In this document: positions 29,916-40,363 of the stretch, piece by piece
Numbering within the stretch: position 1 is the stretch's first letter
How the letters are laid out: each line of letters starts with the position of its first letter
Origin: Candidatus Parvarchaeota archaeon
GTDB lineage: Archaea; Nanobdellota; Nanobdellia; Parvarchaeales; Parvarchaeaceae
NCBI GenBank assembly: GCA_025920305.1
Contig: JAPDMB010000001.1
Location: forward strand, 538-64,537
DNA length: 64,000 bases
Direction: 5' to 3'
Translations under genes and position numbers: made by a program
Notes under the pieces: model-generated
Told to the model about the DNA's origin: nothing
Database searches by the model: none
The model's input: the letters and a program-made list of their open reading frames with translations, nothing else

Positions 29916-31088
29916 ATGAAGATAAAAAACGTCGTGTCTAGGAAGATACTTAATTCGAATACGAATTATACTATAGAGGTGAAGCTCGTAACTGAAAACG
30001 GACTGTTCAGGGGATCCTCTCCAGCTGGTGAAAGCACAAGCGAGTATGAAGTTAAGCAATTCAAGGAGGACATAGATCAGATAGTGAGCAAGTTCAATAC
30101 ATTCCTCAAAGGCTTTTCCGGTAGATCTATAAGTTCCTTGGATGAGATATTCGACATAGAGAAAAATATACCTGAAGAATTCATAGGCGGGGCTTCTCTA
30201 TCGTTAAGTTACGCTTTGATAAGCGGCTTAGCCGCTTCTAAGGGCTTGGAGCCTTTTCAGTTATTTAGCTCAAAACAGAGGTCAAAGGTCCTCCCAATCT
30301 GCAAGATGATAGGAGGGGGAATGCATGCATCAAGGGCAGATATGAGCATACAGGAAATATTGGCGGTGACTATAAGCGATTCTGTGCAAGAGAGTATAGA
30401 TTCCACAATAAAGGTGTACAACGAGGTCAAAAGGCTTCTTTCTGATAAGACGATAAGTTTCATCGGTGGAGTGGATCCAGAGGGAGGGCTTATATCCGGA
30501 CTTGATGATTATGAATCTTTAAGTGTGGTGAGCAAGGCCGTGAACAAAATTATGAAAGAGACAGGTGAGGACATAAGGCTGGGTATAGATGCAGCCGCTT
30601 CAACTTTCTTCAAGGATGAAAGATACACATACAAGAAGCCCATCTATGGGAAGCTCGTGCTGTCGAAGGAGGAGCAGATAGATCTGATGGTGAAACTAGC
30701 AGAGGAATTCAATTTATATTATATAGAGGACCCAGTTGATGAAAATTTTCAGGAGGGGTACAAAGAGGTCATGAGAAAAACTAAGGCGTTAGTCGTAGGG
30801 GACGACTTGACAGCGACCAAGACTGAAAGGCTGGAGAAAGCTAAGGGAGACATAAATGCCACGCTTATAAAGCCGAATCAAGTAGGCTTGATGGGGGAAG
30901 TTGTGAGGTATTCAGCCCTATCGGATAAATATAAATTGACAAAGGTGCTATCTCATCGCTCAGAGGAAACTAACTCGTCGATGATTTCGGATCTTGCAGT
31001 CGGTTTAGGTGCTAAATACATAAAGGTAGGTATAAATAGGGGCGAAAGGATAGAAAAGTTAAATAGATTAAGCGAGATAACTGGATGA
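29916..31088 (+). CDS. eno: Enolase
   Basis: P.GEST..YE, GG.HA, DAAAS, EDP, VGDDL, IKPNQ, SHRSEET. Confidence 0.95.
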   Translation: MKIKNVVSRKILNSNTNYTIEVKLVTENGLFRGSSPAGESTSEYEVKQFKEDIDQIVSKFNTFLKGFSGRSISSLDEIFDIEKNIPEEFIGGASLSLSYALISGLAASKGLEPFQLFSSKQRSKVLPICKMIGGGMHASRADMSIQEILAVTISDSVQESIDSTIKVYNEVKRLLSDKTISFIGGVDPEGGLISGLDDYESLSVVSKAVNKIMKETGEDIRLGIDAAASTFFKDERYTYKKPIYGKLVLSKEEQIDLMVKLAEEFNLYYIEDPVDENFQEGYKEVMRKTKALVVGDDLTATKTERLEKAKGDINATLIKPNQVGLMGEVVRYSALSDKYKLTKVLSHRSEETNSSMISDLAVGLGAKYIKVGINRGERIEKLNRLSEITG

Positions 31089-31684
31089 CTATGAACAAAG
31101 CAGATAAACTGGAAGCGTATAAGAAATACGGTGTCAGGATAGGCACGAAGGGAGCCAACAAGTTCATGGAAAAGTTCGTATTCAAGAGAATACCTAATAA
31201 ATTTGTCATATTCAATGTGAAGATGATAGACGAGAGGATAAAACTGGGAGCCAAGCTGCTTAATAATTACAAACGCAAGGAGGTGCTGCTTGTTTCAACC
31301 TTTGATGAGGCTTACTATGCCGTTTATAACTTTTCGAGGATAATGGGCGTAAGTGTCAATTTCGGCAGGTATCTGGCCGGCTCCTTGACTAATATCTCAT
31401 ATGATAACTTCTTTGAGCCGAAGATAGTTTTCGTAACTGATCCGTTGACTGATAGAAGGGCAATAAAAGACGCTAAGAGGATCAATATACCTGTCATGGC
31501 TATATGCAACAATGACAGCAGTCTGCGTTTTATAGACCTAATAATACCCGGCAATAATAAAAAGGCAGAAAGCGTAGGCTTCATCCTATTCCTGCTTGCA
31601 AATGATATGGCTAATGACAAGGAGCGAAGCGTTCTTAGTAAGATAACCTTTGAAGATTTCATATCAAAGGAGATCTCAATATGA
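31085..31684 (+). CDS. rps2: 30S ribosomal protein uS2
   Basis: GVRIGTK, GRYLAGSLTN, VTDP..D, IPGNNK. Confidence 0.95.
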   Translation: MTMNKADKLEAYKKYGVRIGTKGANKFMEKFVFKRIPNKFVIFNVKMIDERIKLGAKLLNNYKRKEVLLVSTFDEAYYAVYNFSRIMGVSVNFGRYLAGSLTNISYDNFFEPKIVFVTDPLTDRRAIKDAKRINIPVMAICNNDSSLRFIDLIIPGNNKKAESVGFILFLLANDMANDKERSVLSKITFEDFISKEISI

Positions 31685-31714
31685 TTCCAAATCTATAGAT
31701 TTTGTCGGATACAT

Positions 31715-32059
31715 ATGTTTTTAGTAGATGTATATGACGGGCAGAAGCTGGTGCGTAAGTCTGTGAAGTACTGCCAGGATCTTGGATCTAAAGTAATTGG
31801 TTTGATGTTCGTATCCTCTCCAGGTAATGGAGTTTTCTTACCGGATGTCAAAGACATCCATATGAACTTTGTGAGATTTAATCTGGATGTTATATGGCTT
31901 GATGCTAACAATACGGTCGTCAAGAAAGTTACAGCTAAGCCTTGGAAGCTTTACTATGGCCCGCCAAATGCAAGGCATGTGTTAGAGCTACCGGAGCGGG
32001 CTGGCTCAAAGATCAAACTTCGGGATAAGTTGTACCTTAAGAACAAGAGGAAAGTATAG
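31715..32059 (+). CDS. DUF192 family protein
   Basis: GLMF, IHMNFVRFNLDVIWLD, VLELP. Confidence 0.85.
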   Translation: MFLVDVYDGQKLVRKSVKYCQDLGSKVIGLMFVSSPGNGVFLPDVKDIHMNFVRFNLDVIWLDANNTVVKKVTAKPWKLYYGPPNARHVLELPERAGSKIKLRDKLYLKNKRKV

Positions 32060-32060
32060 A

Positions 32061-32972
32061 ATGGAAGAATTAAAGACGGACCTGGTCAATTCAAACAGCA
32101 GATTCAAGAAATTTGGAAAGTTCTCCTTCGTATTCCCAGGTAATTCAATGGTCAGGCTCGGTGATGGGATCCAAGTACACAGATTAGATTTTCCTCATTT
32201 AGAGGTCGCCGATTTGAAGAGATCGGTTAAAGAGTCCCTATGCAGCTCGATTGGAGTAGCGGATGCGGTTTTGCTGTCCGGAGGGATAGACTCCTCAGTG
32301 ATCGCCAAGCTGGAATATGATGTAAATAAACATGTAAAATTTATATCCTGCGGTTTTGCCGGCAGTCATGACCTTATATACGCCAACATACTGGCTAAAC
32401 AGCTGAATGCAGATATAATAAATGTGAATTTGAGTGAGGATATTGTGGTTGATACGATGAAGACGCTGAAAGGATTAGGTTTCACTGGCTATGATCTGAT
32501 CCTGGGCATAGTCGAGTATAACTGCCTAAAAAAGATGAGCGATCTTAATTTAAAGACGGCTTTGACGGGTATGGGGAGCGATGAGCTTTTGTTTGGTTAT
32601 GATAAGTATAAATACCTTGATAGGCATTCATTAATAGACTATAGGCTAGATAGGGTCTCATATATCAGTGTGACAGATGGTTTCAGGATAAACAAGTTGG
32701 CCAAACTATTCAAGGTTAATGTATTATCTCCTTACCTAGACACTGAATTTGTAAGACTAGCTATGAACTATGATATCACAGGAGAAAAGTATGAAGATAT
32801 GTCAGGTAAAAAGGTGCTTAGAATGATCGCCGATGAGATCGGTATAGACAAGAGGATAGTAAACCGTGAGAAAAAGGCCATGCAGTATGGAAGCGGTGTA
32901 CTGCCAGCTCTGCGAGCTATATCAAAGGCGAGAGGATTTAAGGGTGTAAATGAACTAGCAAATGCATTATGA
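32061..32972 (+). CDS. Asparagine-synthase C-terminal (PP-loop) domain protein
   Basis: LLSGGIDSS, TGMGSDEL, SPYLD, REKKAMQYGSG; no N-terminal Cys glutaminase domain. Confidence 0.85.
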   Translation: MEELKTDLVNSNSRFKKFGKFSFVFPGNSMVRLGDGIQVHRLDFPHLEVADLKRSVKESLCSSIGVADAVLLSGGIDSSVIAKLEYDVNKHVKFISCGFAGSHDLIYANILAKQLNADIINVNLSEDIVVDTMKTLKGLGFTGYDLILGIVEYNCLKKMSDLNLKTALTGMGSDELLFGYDKYKYLDRHSLIDYRLDRVSYISVTDGFRINKLAKLFKVNVLSPYLDTEFVRLAMNYDITGEKYEDMSGKKVLRMIADEIGIDKRIVNREKKAMQYGSGVLPALRAISKARGFKGVNELANAL

Positions 32973-33035
32973 TGCCGAAATCGATGTGAATCGGACGGCA
33001 TCCATTAACTAGCATCTGCTAAAAGGAGGTAAAAT

Positions 33036-34370
33036 ATGATAAAGATAACAGCTTTGGGCGGATACAGTAAGATAGGCAAGAATATGACAGCCATAGACAT
33101 AGATGGCGAGATAGTTATAACGGACATGGGCGCCGACATGGAGAGACTTGTTGATTTTCAAGAGGATTCTAAGACCATCACTGCGAAGGATTCAAGCAAG
33201 CTTATAGAAAGCGGTATAATACCAGATGATAGGGAATTCTTTGAAAAAGAAGGGAAAAAGGTGAAGGCCATAGTCATAGGGCACGGGCACCTTGACCATA
33301 TTTGGGCTGTGCCTTTTCTAGCCGCTAAATATAAATGCCCAGTCATAACGACTTTATTTACATCCAAGATATTGACCCATCTGATGACGGATTATAACAG
33401 CTTTAACTTGAAGATCGTCAGACTAATCGAAGGGAACCTGTTCAAGATATCAGACAAGATCAGCATCGAGCTTGTCCATATAACTCATTCTATACCAAAT
33501 AGTACTTTGATCGTTATACATACCCCTTATGGGGCGGTGATATATGCCAATGACTGGAAATTTGACAATTATCCGACGCTCGGGAAGAAACCAAACTATG
33601 AGAGACTGGAGGAGATAAGCAAGAAAGGGATAGCAGCGGTCATCTCCGACTCTACAAGGATAGACTATGACGGTTATTCGTTCTCGGAAAGCGTCGCGAA
33701 AATAATGCTCGAAGACGTTATAAGGAAGAGCCTTAAGCATAAAACTATATTCGTTACCACCTTCTCTTCGCATATAGCGAGGATAAGGAACATAATCGAG
33801 GTCGCAAACAGATTTAACAGGCAGGTTATGATATTTGGAAGGAGCATGGACCTTTACATAGAATCAGCTATATCCGCAAATATAGTGGACAAAAAGATGT
33901 TTCCGAAGGTATATAAAGCGTTTCCGCTGGTAAATAGGGCGTTGAGGGTTGTAAATGAGAATCCAGGCAAGTATCTTATAATATGTACTGGCCATCAGGG
34001 CGAGCCGAACTCCTTTTTGAGGAGGTTGTCTGCAGAAGAGTATAACTATAAGGTTTCTAGTGAGGATGCCATAATATTCTCGTCTGAGACAATCCCGACA
34101 CCTGTAAATATAGCAAACAAAAACATTCTGAAGAAAGGTCTGTTAGAGAAAGGCGCTTACATCGTCGAAAATGTCCACGTATCTGGCCATGCATACAAGA
34201 ATGACCACAGAAACTTCATAAAGATGCTTATGCCGAAGCATTATATACCATCCCATGGCGGTATAGACAAAATAAGCGTCGGCATATCCTTAAGCAGAGA
34301 GTTCGGGTACGAGCTTGGGAAGACCTCGCATATACTTCTGGACAACCAAGAACTCGAATTGAACGTGTGA
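33036..34370 (+). CDS. rnj: Ribonuclease J (beta-CASP)
   Basis: GGYSKIGKNMT, HGHLDH, THSIP, HVSGHA. Confidence 0.94.
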   Translation: MIKITALGGYSKIGKNMTAIDIDGEIVITDMGADMERLVDFQEDSKTITAKDSSKLIESGIIPDDREFFEKEGKKVKAIVIGHGHLDHIWAVPFLAAKYKCPVITTLFTSKILTHLMTDYNSFNLKIVRLIEGNLFKISDKISIELVHITHSIPNSTLIVIHTPYGAVIYANDWKFDNYPTLGKKPNYERLEEISKKGIAAVISDSTRIDYDGYSFSESVAKIMLEDVIRKSLKHKTIFVTTFSSHIARIRNIIEVANRFNRQVMIFGRSMDLYIESAISANIVDKKMFPKVYKAFPLVNRALRVVNENPGKYLIICTGHQGEPNSFLRRLSAEEYNYKVSSEDAIIFSSETIPTPVNIANKNILKKGLLEKGAYIVENVHVSGHAYKNDHRNFIKMLMPKHYIPSHGGIDKISVGISLSREFGYELGKTSHILLDNQELELNV

Positions 34371-34434
34371 GTATGCTCTTAATCTAGCGTCATACCGCAT
34401 AAAGGTTAAATTTGAGAGCATTCTCAGGTTTTAG

Positions 34435-36759
34435 ATGGGCGAGATTAAGAACTGGGGCAGTGATTCAGAATTGAAGGTGCTCGATAGATGGAAAAAAGAA
34501 GAGAAGTCTAATTTTTCCATCGACTCAAAGAAGCCTTATTTCGGTATGGATACCCCTCCCCCGTATACTTCTGGAAGGCCCTGGCATCTAGGTGCAGCAG
34601 CGCATTACTCTAAAATAGATATGATAGGCAGAGCTGCTAGGATGCTGGGATATAACGTTCTATTCCCAATCGGTATGGATAGAAATGGGATACCTGTTGA
34701 AAAATACGTCGAGAAGAGATATAATATTAAGATACAGGAGACTGAAAGAGCGAAGTTCTTGAAGTTATGTCAGAGCGCACTCGATGAGTTAGAGAAGGAG
34801 ATGGTCGGTATCCTGGAGCGGCTTGGTTATTCCGGAGACATGAAGAATATGTACAGGACAGATTCCGAGGAATACAGGAGATTTACACAAGCCACATTTA
34901 TAGATCTATGGAAGAGAGGTCTGGTCTATAGGGGCACAAGACCTAGCAACTACTGTTCGGACTGCAATACTACGATAGCAGACGCTGAGATAATCTATAA
35001 AGATGTGCCTTCAAAATTGGTATATATCAAGTTTAAACTTAAAGGCGCAGACGAATCCATAGTAATAGCTACTACTAGGCCGGAGATGCTGGCTGCCTGC
35101 GAAGCTGTAATAGTGAATCCGAGCGACAGCAGGTATAGAAATCTGACTGGAAAGACCGTTATCACCCCTATATATGGCAAAGAGGTTCCCATAGTCGCAG
35201 ATGAGTCGGCGGATAAAGAATACGGCTCAGGAGCTGAGATGCTGTGTACGTATGGGGATTATAATGATATCCTCTTATCCAGAAAATTGAAAGTAAAAGA
35301 AACTATAATCATAAATGATAAAGGCAGGATGACAGATTCAGCCGGTGAACTGCTGAGCGGCTTGACTGTTAATGACGCCAGGAAGAAGATGATAGAAACT
35401 TTGGAAAGAGAGGGATATATCGATAAGATAGTGGATATAATGCATCGTTCTCCTTTTTGTGAGAGAAGTAACACTTTAATAGAGATCATACCGATGGATG
35501 AATATTATGTAAAGGTGGTGGATTTCAAGCCGAAATTGCTCGAGCTTGCTAATCAAATCGATTTTGTCCCAGATAGAAGCAGGCAGCTGCTTCTTAATTG
35601 GATAGATACCGCTATGGATTGGCCTATATCAAGGAGGAGGTTTTACGGCACGGAGATACCTATATGGTACTGTAAGAATTGCGGAGAACCATACGTGCCG
35701 GAACCAGGCAGATACTACAGGCCATGGCTTGAAGACCCACCTGCCGGCGCTGTATGTAAAAAATGCGGCGGCACAGAATTCATCGGAGACACACGAACGT
35801 TTGATACATGGGTGGATTCAAGCATAACCCCGCTGTATGTGACTAGATATCTTATAGACGAAAAGTTCAATTCTATAACTTACCCTCTTACGATAAGGAC
35901 GCAGGGATTAGACATAGTCAGGACATGGCTTTTTTATAGCCTCCTTAGAGGTTACCAGTTGACGAATAAAGCGCCGTGGAAGACTGTATGGATAGATGGA
36001 GTAGGCTTGGATGAACACGGGGAAAAGATGTCTAAGAGTAAGGGCAATGTGCTGGATCCGGTCCCTATAATCGAGAAATATGGGGCAGACGCATTTAGGT
36101 TCTGGGCGGCATCAGAGGCATCTCCCGGAAGCAATATGCTTTTCTCGGAGAAGAAACTGCAAGGCGCATCCAAATTTTTAAATAAAGTCTTGAACATATC
36201 GAATTTTATCAGCTTGTTCAAATTTGAAAATGATATAAAAGAAGCTGAGCTTCTACCCACAGATAAATGGATACTAGCCAACCTGTCGAAGCTTACGGAT
36301 AAGGTGGTCTCTGCTTACAGGTCCTTTGATTTATTCACCTCCTCGAATAGCATCAGAGAGTTCATTTGGAATATATTTGCACCGCATTACTTAGAGATGA
36401 TAAAGGCCAGGGTTTATGGAAGCGGCTTCTCTAAATCCGAGAGAGATTCAGCGATTTATACACTTCATAAGGTGTTCAAGGTCTTGTTGCTCTTGCTATC
36501 GCCAATAACCCCGTTCATAACGGATGAACTATGGAATAGGGAGTATGGTGAGACTATAAGTTCCAAAGTCCTTCCGGAGACGAGCGGAATCGAGGAGAGT
36601 TATCTTTCTCTCAATGAAGCTATAATATCCTTCAACACGAAGATCTGGAAGGAGAAGAAATCCGCCGGTAAATCGCTTAGAGACAGTATCTCTATAACTC
36701 TACCCGATGAATTGAAGCCGTTTGAGAAGGATCTGATCTCTATGCATAATATAATCTGA
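34435..36759 (+). CDS. valS: Valine--tRNA ligase
   Basis: DTPPP, HLG, ATTRPE, W.ISRRR.YG, FDTW, KMSKS. Confidence 0.93.
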   Translation: MGEIKNWGSDSELKVLDRWKKEEKSNFSIDSKKPYFGMDTPPPYTSGRPWHLGAAAHYSKIDMIGRAARMLGYNVLFPIGMDRNGIPVEKYVEKRYNIKIQETERAKFLKLCQSALDELEKEMVGILERLGYSGDMKNMYRTDSEEYRRFTQATFIDLWKRGLVYRGTRPSNYCSDCNTTIADAEIIYKDVPSKLVYIKFKLKGADESIVIATTRPEMLAACEAVIVNPSDSRYRNLTGKTVITPIYGKEVPIVADESADKEYGSGAEMLCTYGDYNDILLSRKLKVKETIIINDKGRMTDSAGELLSGLTVNDARKKMIETLEREGYIDKIVDIMHRSPFCERSNTLIEIIPMDEYYVKVVDFKPKLLELANQIDFVPDRSRQLLLNWIDTAMDWPISRRRFYGTEIPIWYCKNCGEPYVPEPGRYYRPWLEDPPAGAVCKKCGGTEFIGDTRTFDTWVDSSITPLYVTRYLIDEKFNSITYPLTIRTQGLDIVRTWLFYSLLRGYQLTNKAPWKTVWIDGVGLDEHGEKMSKSKGNVLDPVPIIEKYGADAFRFWAASEASPGSNMLFSEKKLQGASKFLNKVLNISNFISLFKFENDIKEAELLPTDKWILANLSKLTDKVVSAYRSFDLFTSSNSIREFIWNIFAPHYLEMIKARVYGSGFSKSERDSAIYTLHKVFKVLLLLLSPITPFITDELWNREYGETISSKVLPETSGIEESYLSLNEAIISFNTKIWKEKKSAGKSLRDSISITLPDELKPFEKDLISMHNII

Positions 36760-36760
36760 T

Positions 36761-36967
36761 ATGGTCAAGGTTAAGGTAAGAAACATAAATTTTGGGGAGA
36801 AGGAAGTGGACATTAAATCTGGCGCTGTGTCGGAGATAATGGATGCACTCGGGAAGAACGATGATTCTGTTATATTTGTGGACGAAGAAGGCAAAATATA
36901 CACATCGGATGTGGTCGTAGAGGATGGAAAGGCCCTTAATATGATCGAAGTCTTCTCTGGAGGATGA
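36761..36967 (+). CDS. Ubiquitin-like sulfur carrier (SAMP/ThiS)
   Basis: 68 aa ending VFSGG; precedes TtuA. Confidence 0.88.
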   Translation: MVKVKVRNINFGEKEVDIKSGAVSEIMDALGKNDDSVIFVDEEGKIYTSDVVVEDGKALNMIEVFSGG

Positions 36968-36970
36968 ACT

Positions 36971-37879
36971 ATGTTCTGTCAGATATGCGGTAAGGAAGCG
37001 GTCATATCGTCTGCCAGCGGTACGTTCTGCAGGGAGCATTTCCTGGACTATTTTGAGGATGCTGTTTTAGAGACCATCTCCAAGTACAGCCTCATAAATC
37101 CGCATGAGAAGATCGTAGTTGCGAATTCTGGAGGGAAGGATTCTCTGTCCTTGCTTTACGTGCTGAATAAATTCTTTAGAAATACAAACGACATACTGTC
37201 TGTGACTATAGATGAAGGAATCAAAGGCTATAGAGATAAGACGATAGACATAATGAAACATTATTGCGAGGCATGGGGTATAAAGTATAAAATATACTCT
37301 TATAAGGATTTCACAGAAAAGAGCATGGATGAGCTTACGAAGATAAGGCACGGTATACCATGTTCGTACTGCGGAACATTGAGGAGGTACCTGCTCAACA
37401 AAGCTGCACTTGAAAACAATGCGGACAAGATGGCGACAGCGCATAACCTTGACGATGAAGCTGAGAGCGTCCTAATGAACTTGATACAAAATGACAATAG
37501 TCGATTTTTGAGGATCGGTGCGAACGTAGGGTTTGTAAACGACGATAAATTCATCCCCAGGATAAAACCGCTTATGTTTATAAGTGAAAAGGAGACTATG
37601 ATGTACTCTATAATGATGGGCATAAATGCTATCCACTCTGAATGCCCTTATGCAAAGTTCGGGATACGTAGTACGGTATCGGAGATAGTGAAGGAGATAG
37701 AGACTTCACATCGAGGTGGAAAGAGAAATATCGTGGAATGCGCGCTGACAGTTGCAAACAGCTTAAGAGGCGTCGCAGAGCGCAGAGAACTGAATAGGTG
37801 CCGCATATGCGGAGCGCCATCATCTAAAGAAGTATGTGAAGCTTGTTCAATAAAATTGTCTTTAAAGATCAGTATATAG
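36971..37879 (+). CDS. tRNA 2-thiolation protein (TtuA/Ncs6)
   Basis: CQIC..C..H, SGGKDS, CSYCG..RR, AHNLDD, C-terminal CRIC...CEAC. Confidence 0.93.
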   Translation: MFCQICGKEAVISSASGTFCREHFLDYFEDAVLETISKYSLINPHEKIVVANSGGKDSLSLLYVLNKFFRNTNDILSVTIDEGIKGYRDKTIDIMKHYCEAWGIKYKIYSYKDFTEKSMDELTKIRHGIPCSYCGTLRRYLLNKAALENNADKMATAHNLDDEAESVLMNLIQNDNSRFLRIGANVGFVNDDKFIPRIKPLMFISEKETMMYSIMMGINAIHSECPYAKFGIRSTVSEIVKEIETSHRGGKRNIVECALTVANSLRGVAERRELNRCRICGAPSSKEVCEACSIKLSLKISI

Positions 37880-37939
37880 AAATTAGTTCTGGAGCTCAGC
37901 AATTAAATCTTTAAATATCAAAATAATTAATATACTTAA

Positions 37940-39187
37940 ATGGCAGATTTAGCATATATCAATGTTTCTCAGAATTACGATGATTACAAAAGAAGTGTAG
38001 ACGCATTCAATTTATCCCTGCATTCGATTGTCTCTGAGATCTATAATCAGCTTCGCACACTGGCTGATTCAGTTTCAAGCACGAATAATATAATTAAGGA
38101 CTATGGTGATAGGATCTCAAGACTGAATGCAGATACCGGCCGACTTGATGCCCAGTTGAAGCAGGTGTTTCAGACGATATACACGCTATCAAACAGCGTG
38201 AATAACCTTAATAAATCGACATCAGGCGCAATATCTGGGCTTTCTTCAGCTATAGATGGCGTAGATGCAAAGCTGACGAAACTTTCAGATACAACTCTGA
38301 AATCAATCCCATCTATAAATGAACTTATAGAGCAGATCAACACCTTAAAAGAGGGCTATAAGACCATTACGACCATAAGTTCTAGCTTCAATGATCTTGC
38401 TAAGAATGTCAATGCTGCGATTTCAAATCAGAATTCTGCTATAAACGACTTGAATTCTAGGATGACGAAACTTTCGGACACAGTTGTAAATTCTATACCA
38501 TCATTGAACGGGGCGGTAGAGGAAATAGATAACGTAAAAAGAGATCTTTCAGGCGTGAAGAATGAGATAAAAACAGTGGTCGACTCAGTTAATTCCCTTA
38601 ATGTGCAGACGAACGGCTTCCAGTTGAAGTTGGATTCAATCGGCTCAGAGTTCGCCAACATAGAGAAGAACATATCTGATTTACATAAATCTTCATTAGA
38701 TTTTATAAATACAAGTAAGGGGATCATGTCAGCGTTCTCGAGCGCGGACATGGAGAATATAATGACCTCAATAAAAATGCTAACAGATAAACTGGAATCG
38801 ACTGTCGCTCAGGTGAATAAACTTTCTGACGATAATATATCTATTAGAAAGGATTTAAGTGGCATATCTAGTAAGATGTCTGATTTGAGCGTCCTAAAGA
38901 ACTCAAATAAGATCCTAGAGGAAGCCGTGAGCACAGCGAAAACTATAAGCGACGCAGAAAGCAGGATAAACAGCATAAGTTCAAAGACCGAGCTCATATT
39001 CAATCAGGTAACAGAGTCCGCGGGTAAGTTCACGCAGTTCGATGATAAGCTGAACGATTTAAGCAGAAAGATTTTCGAGCTTGGAAAGGAGATAGATAGA
39101 CTGAAGACCGCTCTGCCGATGTTTGCTACTAAGGATGATATTCTTGCATTGAATAAAAAAATAAATGAAAATGTGAAGACAAGTTAA
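37940..39187 (+). CDS. Long coiled-coil protein
   Basis: 415 aa of heptad pattern; internal TKLSDT...SIPS repeat 63 codons apart. Confidence 0.7.
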   Translation: MADLAYINVSQNYDDYKRSVDAFNLSLHSIVSEIYNQLRTLADSVSSTNNIIKDYGDRISRLNADTGRLDAQLKQVFQTIYTLSNSVNNLNKSTSGAISGLSSAIDGVDAKLTKLSDTTLKSIPSINELIEQINTLKEGYKTITTISSSFNDLAKNVNAAISNQNSAINDLNSRMTKLSDTVVNSIPSLNGAVEEIDNVKRDLSGVKNEIKTVVDSVNSLNVQTNGFQLKLDSIGSEFANIEKNISDLHKSSLDFINTSKGIMSAFSSADMENIMTSIKMLTDKLESTVAQVNKLSDDNISIRKDLSGISSKMSDLSVLKNSNKILEEAVSTAKTISDAESRINSISSKTELIFNQVTESAGKFTQFDDKLNDLSRKIFELGKEIDRLKTALPMFATKDDILALNKKINENVKTS

Positions 39188-39188
39188 T

Positions 39189-39662
39189 ATGAAGTATGAA
39201 CTTAAATTTAAAAATAAACTATTCAAGGACAAGCCCCTATATAGGGTTGTCTTAAGTGAATTTGAGAAACCCACTGCAGATTACTTCTCCAATCTCCGCA
39301 GATTCTGCATATCCTTAGGTCTTGTGAATCCAGGGGAGAGCCGCATAGGGATAGTCTACATACTTGATATACTGCTTAGATCCAGGAAAGACAAAACCGG
39401 CGGCTTAAGCAGTTATGACATAATAAAAAAACTATACAGCAGTAACGTGAAGATAGTCTACGCAAACATACTTAGAGATCTAAGGAAATTAATAGCCGCA
39501 GGTTTAGTAGAGAAGATAGATGGGAACTATAGGATCAAGGAAAACATGGATCTTCCAGAGATTATGGATAAGTTCGTCAGACCGTACATCATAGACAGGG
39601 TACTGAAGAAAATAGGAGACTACGCTAGCGCCGTAGAGAGAGATATAAAGAAGAAGAGCTAA
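39189..39662 (+). CDS. Winged-helix-type hypothetical protein
   Basis: LSSYDIIKKL...ANILRDLRKLIAAGLVEK...YRI. Confidence 0.7.
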   Translation: MKYELKFKNKLFKDKPLYRVVLSEFEKPTADYFSNLRRFCISLGLVNPGESRIGIVYILDILLRSRKDKTGGLSSYDIIKKLYSSNVKIVYANILRDLRKLIAAGLVEKIDGNYRIKENMDLPEIMDKFVRPYIIDRVLKKIGDYASAVERDIKKKS

Positions 39663-39667
39663 TTTTT

Positions 39668-39991
39668 CTATTTTATCGCCGAAGCTGCCATCAGTAATTT
39701 GAATAATTTCTTTCCTTTGTCGGTGAGTTTTATTATCTTCTTGTGTCTGTCATTGGATACCTTGACTATATCCAGCTTGCTCATTTTGTTCAGTAGTTTT
39801 ACAATATACGAGTAACTGCAGTCTATCTTCCTGGAGATAATAGCCGCGTAGACATGGTTATCGTTGAAGTATATCATCTTTAGTATTAGAAAAGGCTTGC
39901 TATGTAAAAATAGTCTCTGTACCTGCCCCTTATCTTCACCTACGCCCTTCATAACTAGTTTAGTTATGCTATCTATTAATACATTTGTCAT
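39668..39991 (-). CDS. MarR-like winged-helix regulator
   Basis: ISRKIDCSYSYIVKLLNKM...KKIIKLTDKGK. Confidence 0.8.
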   Translation of the reverse strand: MTNVLIDSITKLVMKGVGEDKGQVQRLFLHSKPFLILKMIYFNDNHVYAAIISRKIDCSYSYIVKLLNKMSKLDIVKVSNDRHKKIIKLTDKGKKLFKLLMAASAIK

Positions 39992-40215
39992 AAATTTATA
40001 TCCATTATTTTTGTCTGAAACCTCTTAAGATAGAATGAAAAATAAACTCATCAGAAGTTTGTGCAGGGCATGGCAAAGTCCGAAAGGTGTAAAGTTCTTT
40101 GTCCTAAGCAATTGTCAGATGCATGACCTAAGAAATATATTGCACTTTACTTCAACAATGCTTTTAAATAGGGAACTTATAAGTAATATCATTGAAAATG
40201 TCTGAATAAATTAAG

Positions 40216-40249
40216 AAAATCCGAACGTTTTGCAGAACGTTCAGATTTT
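40216..40249. promoter_or_regulatory. Imperfect palindrome between wHTH gene and ftsZ2
   Basis: AAAATCCGAACGTTTTGCAGAACGTTCAGATTTT. Confidence 0.5.
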
Positions 40250-40307
40250 AAGCAGACTGTAAGCGAAATTTGGCGCATCACTTACTTTTCTTAATAAAAT
40301 AATAAGG

Positions 40308-40349
40308 AATAACTAGAATATAAACCTTTCGGTTTACATTTTAGTTATT
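40308..40349. promoter_or_regulatory. 19-bp-arm inverted repeat covering a TATAAA element, just upstream of the ftsZ2 SD
   Basis: AATAACTAGAATATAAACC-TTTC-GGTTTACATTTTAGTTATT (17/19 complementary), followed by AAAAGGAGGG. Confidence 0.55.
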
Positions 40350-40363
40350 AAAAGGAGGGAAAA

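Noticed and set aside
37940..39187. SMC or methyl-accepting chemotaxis protein call
   Set aside because: No Walker motifs, hinge, TM segments or MCP hairpin signature
40035..40205. 56-codon ORF upstream of ftsZ2 as a possible cdrS
   Set aside because: Translation (MKNKLIRSLCRAWQSPKG...) lacks an RHH pattern and an SD
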